Part shown: piece by piece, positions 17,223 through 28,200 of the stretch
Layout: each line of letters opens with the position of its first letter
Numbering within the stretch: position 1 is the first letter of the stretch
Source of the DNA: a virus
Taxonomy: Duplodnaviria > Caudoviricetes
Virus record (IMG/VR): IMGVR_UViG_3300042914_000556
Location: 1 to 58,897 of that record
Length of the DNA stretch: 58,897 nucleotides
Direction: 5' to 3' (one strand)
Program-made: the position numbers and the translations under genes
The notes under the pieces: model-generated
The model's database searches: none
What the model saw: only the letters and a program-made list of their open reading frames with translations
What the model was told of the DNA's origin: nothing

Positions 17223-18113
17223 ATGAGCAACATAACCACAGTACCAGCGCACATTGCAGCCCGTATCGCAGCCCGCCAACAAGCGGGTATTAAATCTTCA
17301 ATCACAGCCGCGCTTGTTAAAGACGGCGTAAACATCCCGCGTATTAGTATTCGTGCAGGGCGCTACCGCCTCGCAGAAGATGGTGTTGAGACTGTTGTCG
17401 GTACAGAGCTGGACACGATTATCGTGGGCTCAAACCCACGGGTATCCAAGGTGTTCTATGGCAAGGTGTTTGATGCCACGGCAACCGATGTCCGCCCAGA
17501 TTGCTGGTCGAATGATGGCTTAAAGCCTGACGCTGCCGTTGAATCCCCAGTGCACACAAGCTGCGCTGACTGCCCGAACAATGTTCTGGGCTCCAAGATA
17601 CTGCCGTCAGGGTCTAAGTCGAAGATGTGCGCAGACCAGCGGCACCTCGCAGTCGTACCTGCTGCGGACCCGACCAAGGTCTACAGTTTGACCGTGCCGG
17701 TGTCGGGCATGAAGGCGCTGCGCGAGTACGTCAAGGACTTGGACAACTACGGACTTGGCCCAGAGGATGTGATCACGGAACTTGGGTTCGACGACACTGC
17801 AAGTTATCCAAAAATTACGTTCAAGCGGAAGGGCTTTGTACCTGAGAAGGCATCCGACCGTGTGCAGGAGTTGATCGACAGTGAAGCTACCAAACTAGCA
17901 ACACGCCAAATCTCTCCGAGACAAGCAGGTCCTGCGCTTGCTGCGCCGCAGAAGGTAGCTGCCATTGCTGCCCCAGCGGTTGATGAGGCGTACGAAGAAG
18001 AGGTGGTAGCAGCGGCACCTGTTGCCAAAGCACCAAAAGAGAAGCCTGCAGTTGCGCCTGTGAAAGCCTCAGAAGAATTGTCGGCTAAGCTCGACAGTCT
18101 ATTCGACGAGTAA
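17223..18113 (+). CDS. Putative ssDNA-binding/annealing protein
   Basis: Located between helicase and primase; CWS...CADC...C; acidic aromatic C-terminus DSLFDE. Confidence 0.6.
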   Translation: MSNITTVPAHIAARIAARQQAGIKSSITAALVKDGVNIPRISIRAGRYRLAEDGVETVVGTELDTIIVGSNPRVSKVFYGKVFDATATDVRPDCWSNDGLKPDAAVESPVHTSCADCPNNVLGSKILPSGSKSKMCADQRHLAVVPAADPTKVYSLTVPVSGMKALREYVKDLDNYGLGPEDVITELGFDDTASYPKITFKRKGFVPEKASDRVQELIDSEATKLATRQISPRQAGPALAAPQKVAAIAAPAVDEAYEEEVVAAAPVAKAPKEKPAVAPVKASEELSAKLDSLFDE

Positions 18114-18134
18114 TAGAATAGGCCATAACAATGC

Positions 18135-18156
18135 GCCCCCGCTTCGGCGGGGGTTT
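18135..18156 (+). terminator. Hairpin / weak intrinsic terminator
   Basis: CCCCCGC-TTCG-GCGGGGG-TTT. Confidence 0.7.
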
Positions 18157-18174
18157 CTATCTGAGGGCACGGAA

Positions 18175-21135
18175 TTGGATACTAAAAACTTTCTTACTCG
18201 CGTATTCGCCCAACAAAACGAACTAGTCATCTGCACACACAAGCCTGATCCATCAGGCCAGAATCCTCGTGGGTTCTTTTGGAATCGTGGCTCGTTCGCG
18301 AACATCGATGACGCAGTTACTGCGATTCACAAGTGGGATAAAGAAGCTGATACAACGCTGTACTTTGGCGTTGGTGCATTTGCAAACCACGGGTACATCG
18401 ATGACAAGGGAAAACAGAAGTGGTACAGAACACAAGACAAAGCCACGTTGTTCAAAACACTCGCACTTGATTTAGACATTGGCGAAGACAAGCCGTACGC
18501 AACACAGAAAGATGGATGGACTGCGCTGAGAACAGCGCTAGATAAGATTGGTATGCCGACACCGATGGTGATTTCATCGGGTAGAGGATTGCACTGCTAT
18601 TGGCCGTTGACTTCTGCGGTTGGTACTGCACACTGGGTTAAGGCTTCAACTGCGCTGCGTATCGCGCTCGAAGAGAACGGCGTGACAATCGACACGACGA
18701 AGATTCATGATCCGTCGATGGTGCTGCGCCCTGTTGGTACACACCACAAAAAGCAAACGCCGTGGAAGCTGGTCGAGTGCAAACTAGATTCACCTGACTT
18801 TGATCCGGTGCAGTTGTTCACGACACTGAAGCCATGGTTCGGCAAAGTAGCGAAGCTCGCACCGAAGAAAGCAGCACGTGGTGGTAGCAGTATCGCGGCT
18901 GCGATCATGAGTTCGAACGACGTACGCATCGATGTTGTCGCACAGCACTGCAAGCAGATCGCAGCGCTGATTGCTTCAGGTGGTGTGACGGATGCTGCTG
19001 GCATGGCGGTGACTGAGCCGTTGTGGCGGGGGTCGTTGGGTATTGCGAAGCATGCGGTTGATGTAGAGCAAGCTGTGATCATGTTAGCGGGCAAGCACCC
19101 TGACTTTGATTTACAAGACAGTCTCAACAAGATGGCGGGCTGGCGTGGCACAGGTCCTACGACATGCGCGAAGTTCGAACAGTTGTGTTCTGAAGGTTGC
19201 AGAGGTTGCCCCTACAAAGGCAAGATCACTAGCCCTGCGCAGTTGACATCGACAACGGTAACAACCGTAGAGATCGCAGGCGAAGAGCCGGTAAACATCG
19301 AGTTGCCACCGTCCTACGTAGAGCGTGACGGCAAGATTTTTAAAGAAACGAAAGTTAAGACTGAGGCTAAAGACGCGAACGGCAACGCAGTTGACGTTGA
19401 AACTACTGACTGGGAACTCACATCGCCATACCCCATGCACATCACTGGGGTGTACAAAGATTTCGTGTCGGGCAAAACTACCTTCCGACTAGCGATCAAA
19501 TACCCGATGACTGGGTGGAATGAAGAAGACCATGAGGTTGGTGTTATCGCTAGCATCGGCAAAGAGTTCTCTACGTTCCTATTAAATAGACAGGTGTTTA
19601 GCGTTAAGGGCGCAGGACTGCAGGAAAGACTACGGGGTTACTTGATGGATTACTTAACAATGGTGCAGAACCAGTCACCGACTGGTCTTGATTTCATTGC
19701 GTTCGGCTGGCAAGACGATGGCTCGTTCTTATGTGGGGAACAGATTATCGGCTCACCGACAGGCACTACAGCGCGTCGTTTGCGCGGCCCTGCTGCGCGG
19801 TATTCAGAGATCATCAAGACGCACGGCTCCCGCGATGAGTGGATTGCAGCGATGCAGATGCTGAACCATCAAGGCACACAGACACTGCGCTCGGCTGTGC
19901 TGCTGGCAACGGCAGGTATTGTAGGCAAGGTAGCAGGCAACGCGTGTTTGGTTGTGTCGATCTACTCAACAGAAACAACGACAGGTAAGTCGCTCTCGCT
20001 GATCGCTGCGAATAGTTTGATCGGTACACCGCGCGACCTGATGATGAATAAGAACGACACATCTAACGCGCTGTACAAGATTCGTGGGGTTCTGAATAAC
20101 TTACCGTGCACCATCGACGAGCTGACCACTGCAGATGACAGCGACATTGCTGACATGGCTTATGACCTGAGTCAGGGGCGTGAGAAGATCGCGATGACTA
20201 AAGAACGTGAGCTACGTGAGCCTGTGAAGTGGGATGGGCCGACACTGATCACGACCAACTTCTCGCTGCACCACAAGTTCGACAACGTGCGGACAAGCAA
20301 CGATCCGCTCAAGGCACGTACGCTGGAACTGCACCACCACGATAGATCGTTCATCTTGCCGGACGAGACAGGTTCGAGCAACGGCTACCGGTTCTTTGAT
20401 ATGGTCGCTAAGAACAACGGCTGGGCTTATCCTGAGCTTGTGAGCGAAGTCATTGAGATGGGCGGACCTGAGATAGTCTGGGAGCGTGGCAGCGCGGCGT
20501 TCCTGAAGAAGTTCAATTACATCTTCGAGCCTCAAGAGCGGTTCTTCCGCACCAGCATTATCGGCGCGTGGATCATGGGCAAGATCGGTGCTCGGCTCGG
20601 GCTGTTCCCGTTCGACATTGATGGGACAATCCAGTATCTACTAGCCCACGTGACGAAGATTAGAAAAGAAATGGCTGACTCACGGCAGGATGTGTTCGAC
20701 ACCATCGGGCAGTTCTTGCAGGAGCACAACGACCGACTGATCGAGGTCACCGAGGTGTATGGTTCTGGCAAAGAGCAAGTGCGGATTCCCGCTCCTGAGC
20801 GCGCTGTGGCGCGCCTGAAGGTGGTCTACGACAGCGCAACCCCAGTCATGCCCGGAAGCGTTTTGGCGATCAACCTGACGGCGTTCAAGCAGTGGCTGAA
20901 CAAAACTCAGGACGGGCTAGACCGCGTGGTGCGGGAACTGGAAGCTAGTAACGCATTGATCTCGGCAAGGGAGCGGGTTACCATATTCAAGGGGTGCACT
21001 AACAGAAACCCCGGGCAGGCGCATTGCATCATTGTTAACGTCAACCATCCTCGGTTTGTCGATGCGATCACCAGCACAACGGCACGGCAGCAGAGCCCCG
21101 TTACGTTGGCAGTACTGCAAGGCGCTGCGAGCTAG
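18175..21135 (+). CDS. AEP-type primase fused to a DUF927-like helicase
   Basis: DLD and SGRGLHCYW primase motifs, Cys cluster, FGW, TTTGKS Walker A, IDE Walker B; TTG start. Confidence 0.85.
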   Translation: MDTKNFLTRVFAQQNELVICTHKPDPSGQNPRGFFWNRGSFANIDDAVTAIHKWDKEADTTLYFGVGAFANHGYIDDKGKQKWYRTQDKATLFKTLALDLDIGEDKPYATQKDGWTALRTALDKIGMPTPMVISSGRGLHCYWPLTSAVGTAHWVKASTALRIALEENGVTIDTTKIHDPSMVLRPVGTHHKKQTPWKLVECKLDSPDFDPVQLFTTLKPWFGKVAKLAPKKAARGGSSIAAAIMSSNDVRIDVVAQHCKQIAALIASGGVTDAAGMAVTEPLWRGSLGIAKHAVDVEQAVIMLAGKHPDFDLQDSLNKMAGWRGTGPTTCAKFEQLCSEGCRGCPYKGKITSPAQLTSTTVTTVEIAGEEPVNIELPPSYVERDGKIFKETKVKTEAKDANGNAVDVETTDWELTSPYPMHITGVYKDFVSGKTTFRLAIKYPMTGWNEEDHEVGVIASIGKEFSTFLLNRQVFSVKGAGLQERLRGYLMDYLTMVQNQSPTGLDFIAFGWQDDGSFLCGEQIIGSPTGTTARRLRGPAARYSEIIKTHGSRDEWIAAMQMLNHQGTQTLRSAVLLATAGIVGKVAGNACLVVSIYSTETTTGKSLSLIAANSLIGTPRDLMMNKNDTSNALYKIRGVLNNLPCTIDELTTADDSDIADMAYDLSQGREKIAMTKERELREPVKWDGPTLITTNFSLHHKFDNVRTSNDPLKARTLELHHHDRSFILPDETGSSNGYRFFDMVAKNNGWAYPELVSEVIEMGGPEIVWERGSAAFLKKFNYIFEPQERFFRTSIIGAWIMGKIGARLGLFPFDIDGTIQYLLAHVTKIRKEMADSRQDVFDTIGQFLQEHNDRLIEVTEVYGSGKEQVRIPAPERAVARLKVVYDSATPVMPGSVLAINLTAFKQWLNKTQDGLDRVVRELEASNALISARERVTIFKGCTNRNPGQAHCIIVNVNHPRFVDAITSTTARQQSPVTLAVLQGAAS

Positions 21136-21143
21136 GAGGCATC

Positions 21144-21395
21144 ATGCCACGGAACTATAAGACCGAGTACCAGAACTACCAAGGTACGGAAGAGCAAAAG
21201 AAAAACCGCGCTCAGCGTAACGCAGCGCGGCGGGAAATGGAACGTAAGGGCGCGGTGTCGAAGGGCGACGGCAAAGACGTTGACCATAAGCGGCCAATCG
21301 TCAAAGGGGGCGGCAACGGAAACGGGAACCTACGTGCAGTACCCGCCTCCGCCAATCGCTCATTCCCAAGAAACAAACGAGCCGGGATGAAGTAA
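21144..21395 (+). CDS. Small HNH endonuclease-like protein
   Basis: DVDHKRPIVKGGGN...NL...NR. Confidence 0.75.
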   Translation: MPRNYKTEYQNYQGTEEQKKNRAQRNAARREMERKGAVSKGDGKDVDHKRPIVKGGGNGNGNLRAVPASANRSFPRNKRAGMK

Positions 21396-21554
21396 CTACT
21401 TCTTGGCTTTTGATGAAGGTTTTATAGACTTGCCTTTCGAATGGGCGACCATCTTCTTGGCAGCAGCCTGTGAAATCTTCATCTTCTTGGCGAAAGCTGG
21501 ATCGTGTGCCGCAGCCCGCATAGTGCGGGCTTGCTTTTCAGATGTGAACGGCAT
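21396..21554 (-). CDS. Small basic protein (52 aa, MPFTSEKQARTMRAAAHDPAFAKK...)
   Basis: Translated by hand; TAATG coupling. Confidence 0.7.
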   Translation of the reverse strand: MPFTSEKQARTMRAAAHDPAFAKKMKISQAAAKKMVAHSKGKSIKPSSKAKK

Positions 21555-21709
21555 TACTTTCCCTTTTTGACTTTAGCCATTTCAGAGCGGACGATCCCAC
21601 GGATCATCTTCTCCATCTCGGCCTGCTTAATTTTTTTCTTACGGTCTTCGATCTTCTCTTCCTGCTTATCGAGCTTCTCGTAGGCCGCGTTTTTCTTGCC
21701 GTTCATCAT
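21554..21709 (-). CDS. Small Lys/Glu-rich protein (51 aa)
   Basis: Translated by hand: MMNGKKNAAYEKLDKQEEK... Confidence 0.65.
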   Translation of the reverse strand: MMNGKKNAAYEKLDKQEEKIEDRKKKIKQAEMEKMIRGIVRSEMAKVKKGK

Positions 21710-21710
21710 G

Positions 21711-21821
21711 CTATTTTCCCTTCGCCTTCATCATGCACATGCCCATCTTGGCGCACTTAGCTGGGTTGGGGCAACCTTTGCAGGGCTTGAACGCTACTGG
21801 TTTAGTGGCTTTAGCTTTCAT
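21711..21821 (-). CDS. Small basic Cys-rich peptide (36 aa)
   Basis: MKAKATKPVAFKPCKGCPNPAKCAKMGMCMMKAKGK; TAATG coupling; AAGGAG RBS. Confidence 0.65.
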   Translation of the reverse strand: MKAKATKPVAFKPCKGCPNPAKCAKMGMCMMKAKGK

Positions 21822-21979
21822 TACTTTCTCCTTGCGGCTCTCATGTTATCCACGAGATTAGGGTAAGGACGGCCAGCTTTCTTGGCCGCTGCTTTGGCTG
21901 AAGCCTTCTTTGCAGGCGACAGTTTCTTTGGCTTGCCCAGAGACTCTGGGCGGGGCTGATCCCATACAGGCTTTTTCAT
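21821..21979 (-). CDS. Small basic protein (52 aa)
   Basis: MKKPVWDQPRP...AAAKKAGRPYPNLVDNMRAARRK. Confidence 0.7.
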   Translation of the reverse strand: MKKPVWDQPRPESLGKPKKLSPAKKASAKAAAKKAGRPYPNLVDNMRAARRK

Positions 21980-21980
21980 A

Positions 21981-22235
21981 TTAGCACTTCCATGCACGAA
22001 GAGATTTATTAATGCGGCTGTTCGGATCGTTAGCGGTTTTCTCGCTCGTTAATTTCTTCTTCATCCCTTTCATTCGGGCACAGAATGAATCACGACGAGG
22101 ACCGCCTTCAGGTTGCGGTGCCTTCAGCCCGGGCTTGCCGGGGTTAGCTGCGTTGTAAGAGGCACGACCCTTAGCGTTCAAACCGCCCTTGGGGTTCTGC
22201 CCTTCCTTGCGTTGCCACGCTGGTGTCTTAGCCAT
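21981..22235 (-). CDS. DUF6321-like small basic phage protein
   Basis: PAWQRKEG...GGLNAKGRASYN...SFCARM...SRINKSLRAWKC. Confidence 0.75.
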   Translation of the reverse strand: MAKTPAWQRKEGQNPKGGLNAKGRASYNAANPGKPGLKAPQPEGGPRRDSFCARMKGMKKKLTSEKTANDPNSRINKSLRAWKC

Positions 22236-25200
22236 TACTGAACGCTCCCATCGTCAAGTTCTTCGTCAAGTTCTTCACCACGTACTTCAGCAATGCGGCG
22301 TTCCATGCGCTCCCGCAAGACTTCCAACTCTTCATCCAACTCGTCGTAGTCAGGGTACCCTTTGCGGTACTCTTCCTTCTTGGCCTTGCGCATAGCGGCC
22401 TTGAAGTCTTTCTCTACGCCCTTGACTACCTTGTCTTGGATAACCATGGACTCGTCAATATCGTAATCATACGCTTTAAGCCCCAGCATCCTAGCAAAAA
22501 CTAAGTTGCTTGGCATAGCACCAGTTTCACCGGCTTTTTCATCAAGAATATCTTTGACCTTAGCCCAATTTTTGCTGGACACCATGGGCGGCATAGCTAG
22601 GTCGTATGCGTACTTGCCGGAGTTAACTAACTTATCCCACTCTGAGTCAGTAGGTTTATGAATCCCCTTGCCTGTATATGGGTCTACACCATAGAGAAGC
22701 CCAGCAGCGGCAGACAGAAACGGCCCACTAGGAGTTAGGGCAGCGGGTATCCATGACTGCCCAGCAGGGCCCATTGGCAATCCTTTAGCTAACGACGCGA
22801 ATGGTATGTAATCGCCTAGCTTGTAGTACACGGGGTTTTGCGCGTCACCGAACGGCAAGCGGATAAACATGTGTGGCCCCATGCCGAAGAACATGCGTTC
22901 ACGCATATACTCAGGGCCAGCTTTGCGGAGTTCTTCGTCGTCATCCCCTGCCATCGCAGCCATCGCCACTTCGATGAAGTAGTACGCAGCGAGAACATTA
23001 GCAATCTTCCATGGCTGATGCAGCGCCATGCGGGCAAGCACTGGAGTAATTGCGTAGGTCCATGACACGAACGGCATTACAGACTGCCGAGCGATCTTTA
23101 CTGCCTTAGCGTCGATGTCGTAATCCAAGAACGCTTTGCGAGCGAACGTACCTGCGGCGCGCAGTTGCTCAGGGGTAGCCGTTGCCGTGCCTTCGAGGTT
23201 CTGCAGGTCACCAGCTTTGGTCAAGAACGCAGCTAGACGGAAGATGTTATCTTCAGCAGCATAGGTTTCTGTTGCTGCGTCGTCGAACTTTTTACCTGCT
23301 TTAGCGGCAAGCTGCACGACCATCTGTGTTTTAGACTTCTCATACCCAGCAAACGCAGAGAGACGTTTCAAGAGCGAAGACTCACCGTCCGCGCCCATGT
23401 TTTTGCCCCATGCGTCGTATAGTGCTTGCTTAACTTCTACGCTGGAGTAGTCACCTAACATCGCGCCAGAGTTAATAAACGCTGACATTAGATCAAGTTC
23501 TGCCTTGCTAAGTTTGCTCGGTGATAATTCATATAGGGCAAAAAGCCGAGCGGCTTTGCCGATGGTAGTCACCGGTATGTCGTGCATCATTGCCAACGTG
23601 ATGTTGGACGCGATGTTTGTGATATGAGTACCGAGGTTATAGATCGTCTTCGACTTCTTAAACCAGCGCATTGTGTTGTTAAACACGCGGTTGTTAATGA
23701 ACGGCTGACGATCCGACATATCCAACAAGGCACTCCATACAGGCCCGGGGATATACTTGCCACCCAGTTCTCCGTAAGTCGGTGTGGCTGGTAACTGCAC
23801 CCATGTACCCGTACGGCGATACATGCCGATGATCTCAGGCGACTTTGCCATACCCTCGGAAACCCGCAGCACTTGATCTTCACGAACAGTGCGGCCAGTA
23901 GCTTCCTTGATGTCATCGAGATTGTTAAACGCCACAGACATGGCACTAGGCTTGCCGCCTTCGTAGCCGTAGGCAGCTAGGTTCTCGAAAATCTTTTTGC
24001 TAGCGTAGTTCACTGCAAGCGCGGACATGGTGTTGCGCATAGCATTGGCTAGATCATCAGCTTTCTTTTCCTCAATGGCTTGCTTAGCCGTCATGCTGGA
24101 CGAGAAACGATAGCCACTGCTTTCGCTGAACTCAGAAATCCACCACTGCCGAGTAGCATCTACCTGATAACCAACAGGCGACTGCCGACCACGGCGCTCG
24201 AACTCACTGACGGACATATAGCCAGCAGGCTCAGGGCCAGTTCCGGGCTTCAAACCTTCACGCTTGAAGACTTGGTAGAACCTGCCATCGAGAATAGGAT
24301 CGCCTTGCTCATTCTTCGACATCCACTCTTGGAAACCTTCGAGCGTCTTTTCACGGCGGTGCTTCAAGCCCATGACGCTAGTCAACTTTGCAGTGCCCAA
24401 TGTGCCACGTGCGATCTGCTCGCTGCGGGTTGCGTATAAAAGCGCTTCAGAGAACTTGTTGTCACGGAAGAAAGCGCGCTCAGATGCAGGTAGTTCATTG
24501 ACATACGCTTTGAACCACGTCAGCACATTATCTGCAGTGCGCTTTAAGACTTCTTGATCTGGTAATGTAGCTAGTGCGTTCTTATCACCATCCATATATC
24601 GCATAAGTGCGAGTACGTCGGCAGCAGGACGATTAGCGACGAAGTTCGCTAGCCTGTCCATTTGCATATAGCCAACGCTTTTGTTGACTTTGAAATCTTC
24701 GATCTGCTGCTTGGTGTATTCGCCAGCGCTGAAAGTCGAGTTGATAAGAATCAAAAAGCGCTCAGCCGCAGGGAAGTCTTTGCGGATCATGTCAGCGAGC
24801 TTGGCCGCGCTTTTGGATACTTTCTCAGCAACCCGCTTGTCCCAGCCCATAGCGTCAAATAGGAAACGAGAACTGACCGCATCAGGGGCGATTCGCTTAG
24901 TAAACCCGCGCAAATCTTGCGGCGTGATGCCCGCAGCTTGTTCAGTGCCTTTGTCGCTGGATACTGCAGCTTCAAGAATGTTGCCGCTGTCTGCTGAGAA
25001 TGTGCCTTTGTTAAATGGCGACTTCAGTTGGTTCGATGAGTAAACAGCAAGGTTCTTACGACCACCTTCTTTGACGTAGAAACCATCGAAGTCCAGCGAC
25101 TTGATTGCGTCCTGCACCACATCAGACTCGATAGTCGGCCAGTCACCTTCTTTGAGAAGCAGCGCCCGTCCGGGGTCTTTGCTCTTAATTTTCTGAACTA

Positions 25201-28200
25201 TAAGCTCAACATGCTCTGGATTGGCGTAGTCAAACGGCCTTTGCGCGCTGACATACAACGGCATGATGTTGGCGTTAGATGGTAGATTTGCTTTTGCCGC
25301 TCTGTATATTGCTAGCTGGGTTTCAGATGGGAAGTCAGGTATTCTGTCAATTTCTGTTGTGTATACGTCTGACTTCAGATTGTTGATCATGCGGCGGAAC
25401 TTTAGCCGCTGCATAAACGTCAGTCCTTCTTCCTTAGCCAAAGCAGCGAGTCCTGCTTGGCGAACCTTTTGCAACGATGCTGCGTCCAAGAACTCCGCTG
25501 GTCGATTCGCCATGTACGATTCAGATGAACCGGTAAACCGACGAGCGAACTCGGGGTCATCAGTTACGAAGATAGCGCCAGCCTGCTTTGGTTCGAACGC
25601 ATAAATGTTAGCAGCCGTGCCGTGATACATAATCTTTGGCTTGCCCGCTGCGTCAACAACTTTAGAGTTGGCGAACCATTTCTTGAACGCCGTCGTGGCG
25701 ATGTCCAGCATCGTTCCACGCATCTTCTCAGGCACCTGCTGCTCGGTCGTTGCGGCCTTGTTCAGCAGCGCGATGGTGTTTTCGAGAACGTCGTTGGCAA
25801 CCGTGTTGCGTACGCCCAGCAAGCTCTGCGCAAGAGATACGATACGGTTCCACACATCTTCAATAGCGTTGCGCCACGTGCGGGCTTCTGCGTTCGGAGC
25901 GCTTGGTATTTGCTTCAACAGCGACTTGAAGTCTGCCAGCGTGTTGCCGTAAGAGATCAGTTCCAGCACCGCGTCTAGCTTAGCGTTACCTTTATCGCCT
26001 TTGCGGTTGACGATGCTGCGCAACACACCAATAACTTCCCCAGCTTTGGCTTTCTGCGACTCAGACAGGTTGGTCTTGTCGAGGTCAACTTTCAGCACCT
26101 TATCGAGTGACGCCATCAAGCGAGTAACTTCAGGTGCTTTCGGGTTCGAGTAGACCAACCACTGCAGACCAGCGTGTAGCGCCTCGTGCAGCGTCTCTTC
26201 TGCGGAAGCGTTCCTGTGGATGCGTACGGTGTCTGTCTGCGGGTCGTAGGACGGGTTAGTTACCTTGTCGTCGTCTGCAATCCACTCGATCTTTGGTTGG
26301 CGCGAACGGCGACGCAGCGCGTAGACCAGTGCGGTAGCGATTGTATTGGTGTAGGTAGGGCGGTTAAGTCCTCTGAAGTAGTTAAGAACACCCTGCAATC
26401 CCTTACCTTCTTCGATTCGGGATTTATATTTCTCAAACGCTTCGTCTTGCCGCGCCTTAAACTCTTCGTCAGTTTCTTTAGCTTTCTTTACGGTTACTGG
26501 CTTGTAGGGCTTAGAGGCTTTGCCTTTTGCAGCTTCTACAAGCGGAGGCTGCGCTTTTGCGCCTTTAGTAGCTTCGTATGATGGCCTAGTTTTTTCAGGC
26601 GACACCACATCGACTGCTTCTGCAACATCCAACTCACCGTCTTTGTATGAGCGCCATGCGCGGGATATCAACGAATCGACAATGATGTCGTATTCTTTTT
26701 GCGCTACTTTTGACTCTGGGTTTTTCTTCAGCGCAGCAGCCGCATCACGAAACCGCCTAACGTCAACCGGCTTCTGCTCACGTCTTTGTACGCGGGCTTT
26801 CATCACTGCAACCAGCGCTTCAGCGTTCATCTCGCTACCAGCAACACCTACTAATTCATCGATAGCGTTGCGTAGTTGCTGCCGTAGCTTAATAATGTTT
26901 TGGGTGATTTTCGCTGCTTCAGCTTCTGCTGCGGCTACCGTAGGTGCTCCGGGCTTAGCGTTAATGCGTTCGTCTTTGCCAGTAGCAAGCGCGTTGTCTT
27001 GCGCGGAAGATAGATCGCGGGACGCAAACAGTACACGTTGCGCTGCGTTGTACATCTGGCGCATAGTGCCAGTGTATTTTGCAGTTAGTTGTGGGTCAGC
27101 TTGAGCGCCTTGATCCGCGTAGACGATTGTTGGTGGGGTATCTTTTGGGCTGCGCAGCATTTGCACCATGCCTTTGTACACGCCCTGCGGCAAAGTTACC
27201 GTACCAGCAGCTTTACCTTTTTCGCTAGCAACTTTAGCTTCTAATTTGCTAAGAATATCGGCGATCTCTGCGGCCACATCGTCTTGAATAGGTGTGCTTT
27301 TCGCAATAGCAGCCGCAGCCTTAATCTCATCGCCACGTGTAACTTTGACTTCAGCGGGCGGGGTGACAGGCACTGCTGCTTTTGGCTTGCGGCCACGTTT
27401 AGCTGGTGCAGGTGGAGTAGGCGCTGCTGGTGGTGTAAAAGCCCCGGATGGGGTAGTCACATCCGGGGAAACACCGGGGAGATTGCCGGTGCGCGAAGGC
27501 TGTTCTGGTGGCAGGCGGTAAATACCTGCTTCATCTACAGTCACGCCCGGGACACCTTCGACCGGACGTTGTGTTGTAACTTGCTGTGCTGGGGCGACAG
27601 GACCACCCAACCCACGCGGCATCGCACGACCTAATTCGGCACCCGTATCTTCTGGTGCCATGGTGTAAATGCCAGCGCGATTCTGGAAAATACCGGGGGC
27701 TACTTGCTCACCAGTCTCAACTTGCTGTGGGGAAAACCGCCATACGTTTGGCGAGAGCGGATCGTCGGCTGATCTTCTTATGTCAGCAAGAATATCTCGT
27801 GCGGTTTTGTCTGTGCCACCTAACAAATCTTTGGGGGCATCTTCTCTGCCGAGCTGAGCTTGTTGCTGCAGCAGTTCGCCCATGGTCAGTTCACGTTCGA
27901 TAACGGAACCGTCATCCAAAGTCATAAGTGAGCGCTGCCCACTAGGCTCGTTAAATGCTTCTTCAAATTGCTGTATGTAAAGCTCTTCGTCTGGGCGCTC
28001 TGCGCCTATACCGAGTCTTTCATCGATACCAGCCTGAACTTCTAAGGACTGCACCGCCTCTGTCATCCGGCGGAGCGCATCAGTTCTGCGGTCTTCTAAT
28101 TCAATCTGTTCTTGTGTCCAACGACCAATGTCACGCGGGTCAACGCCTTGGCGTTGCGCTTCCACATTAACAGCAGCGATAGCCTGCGCGCGGACTTCTC

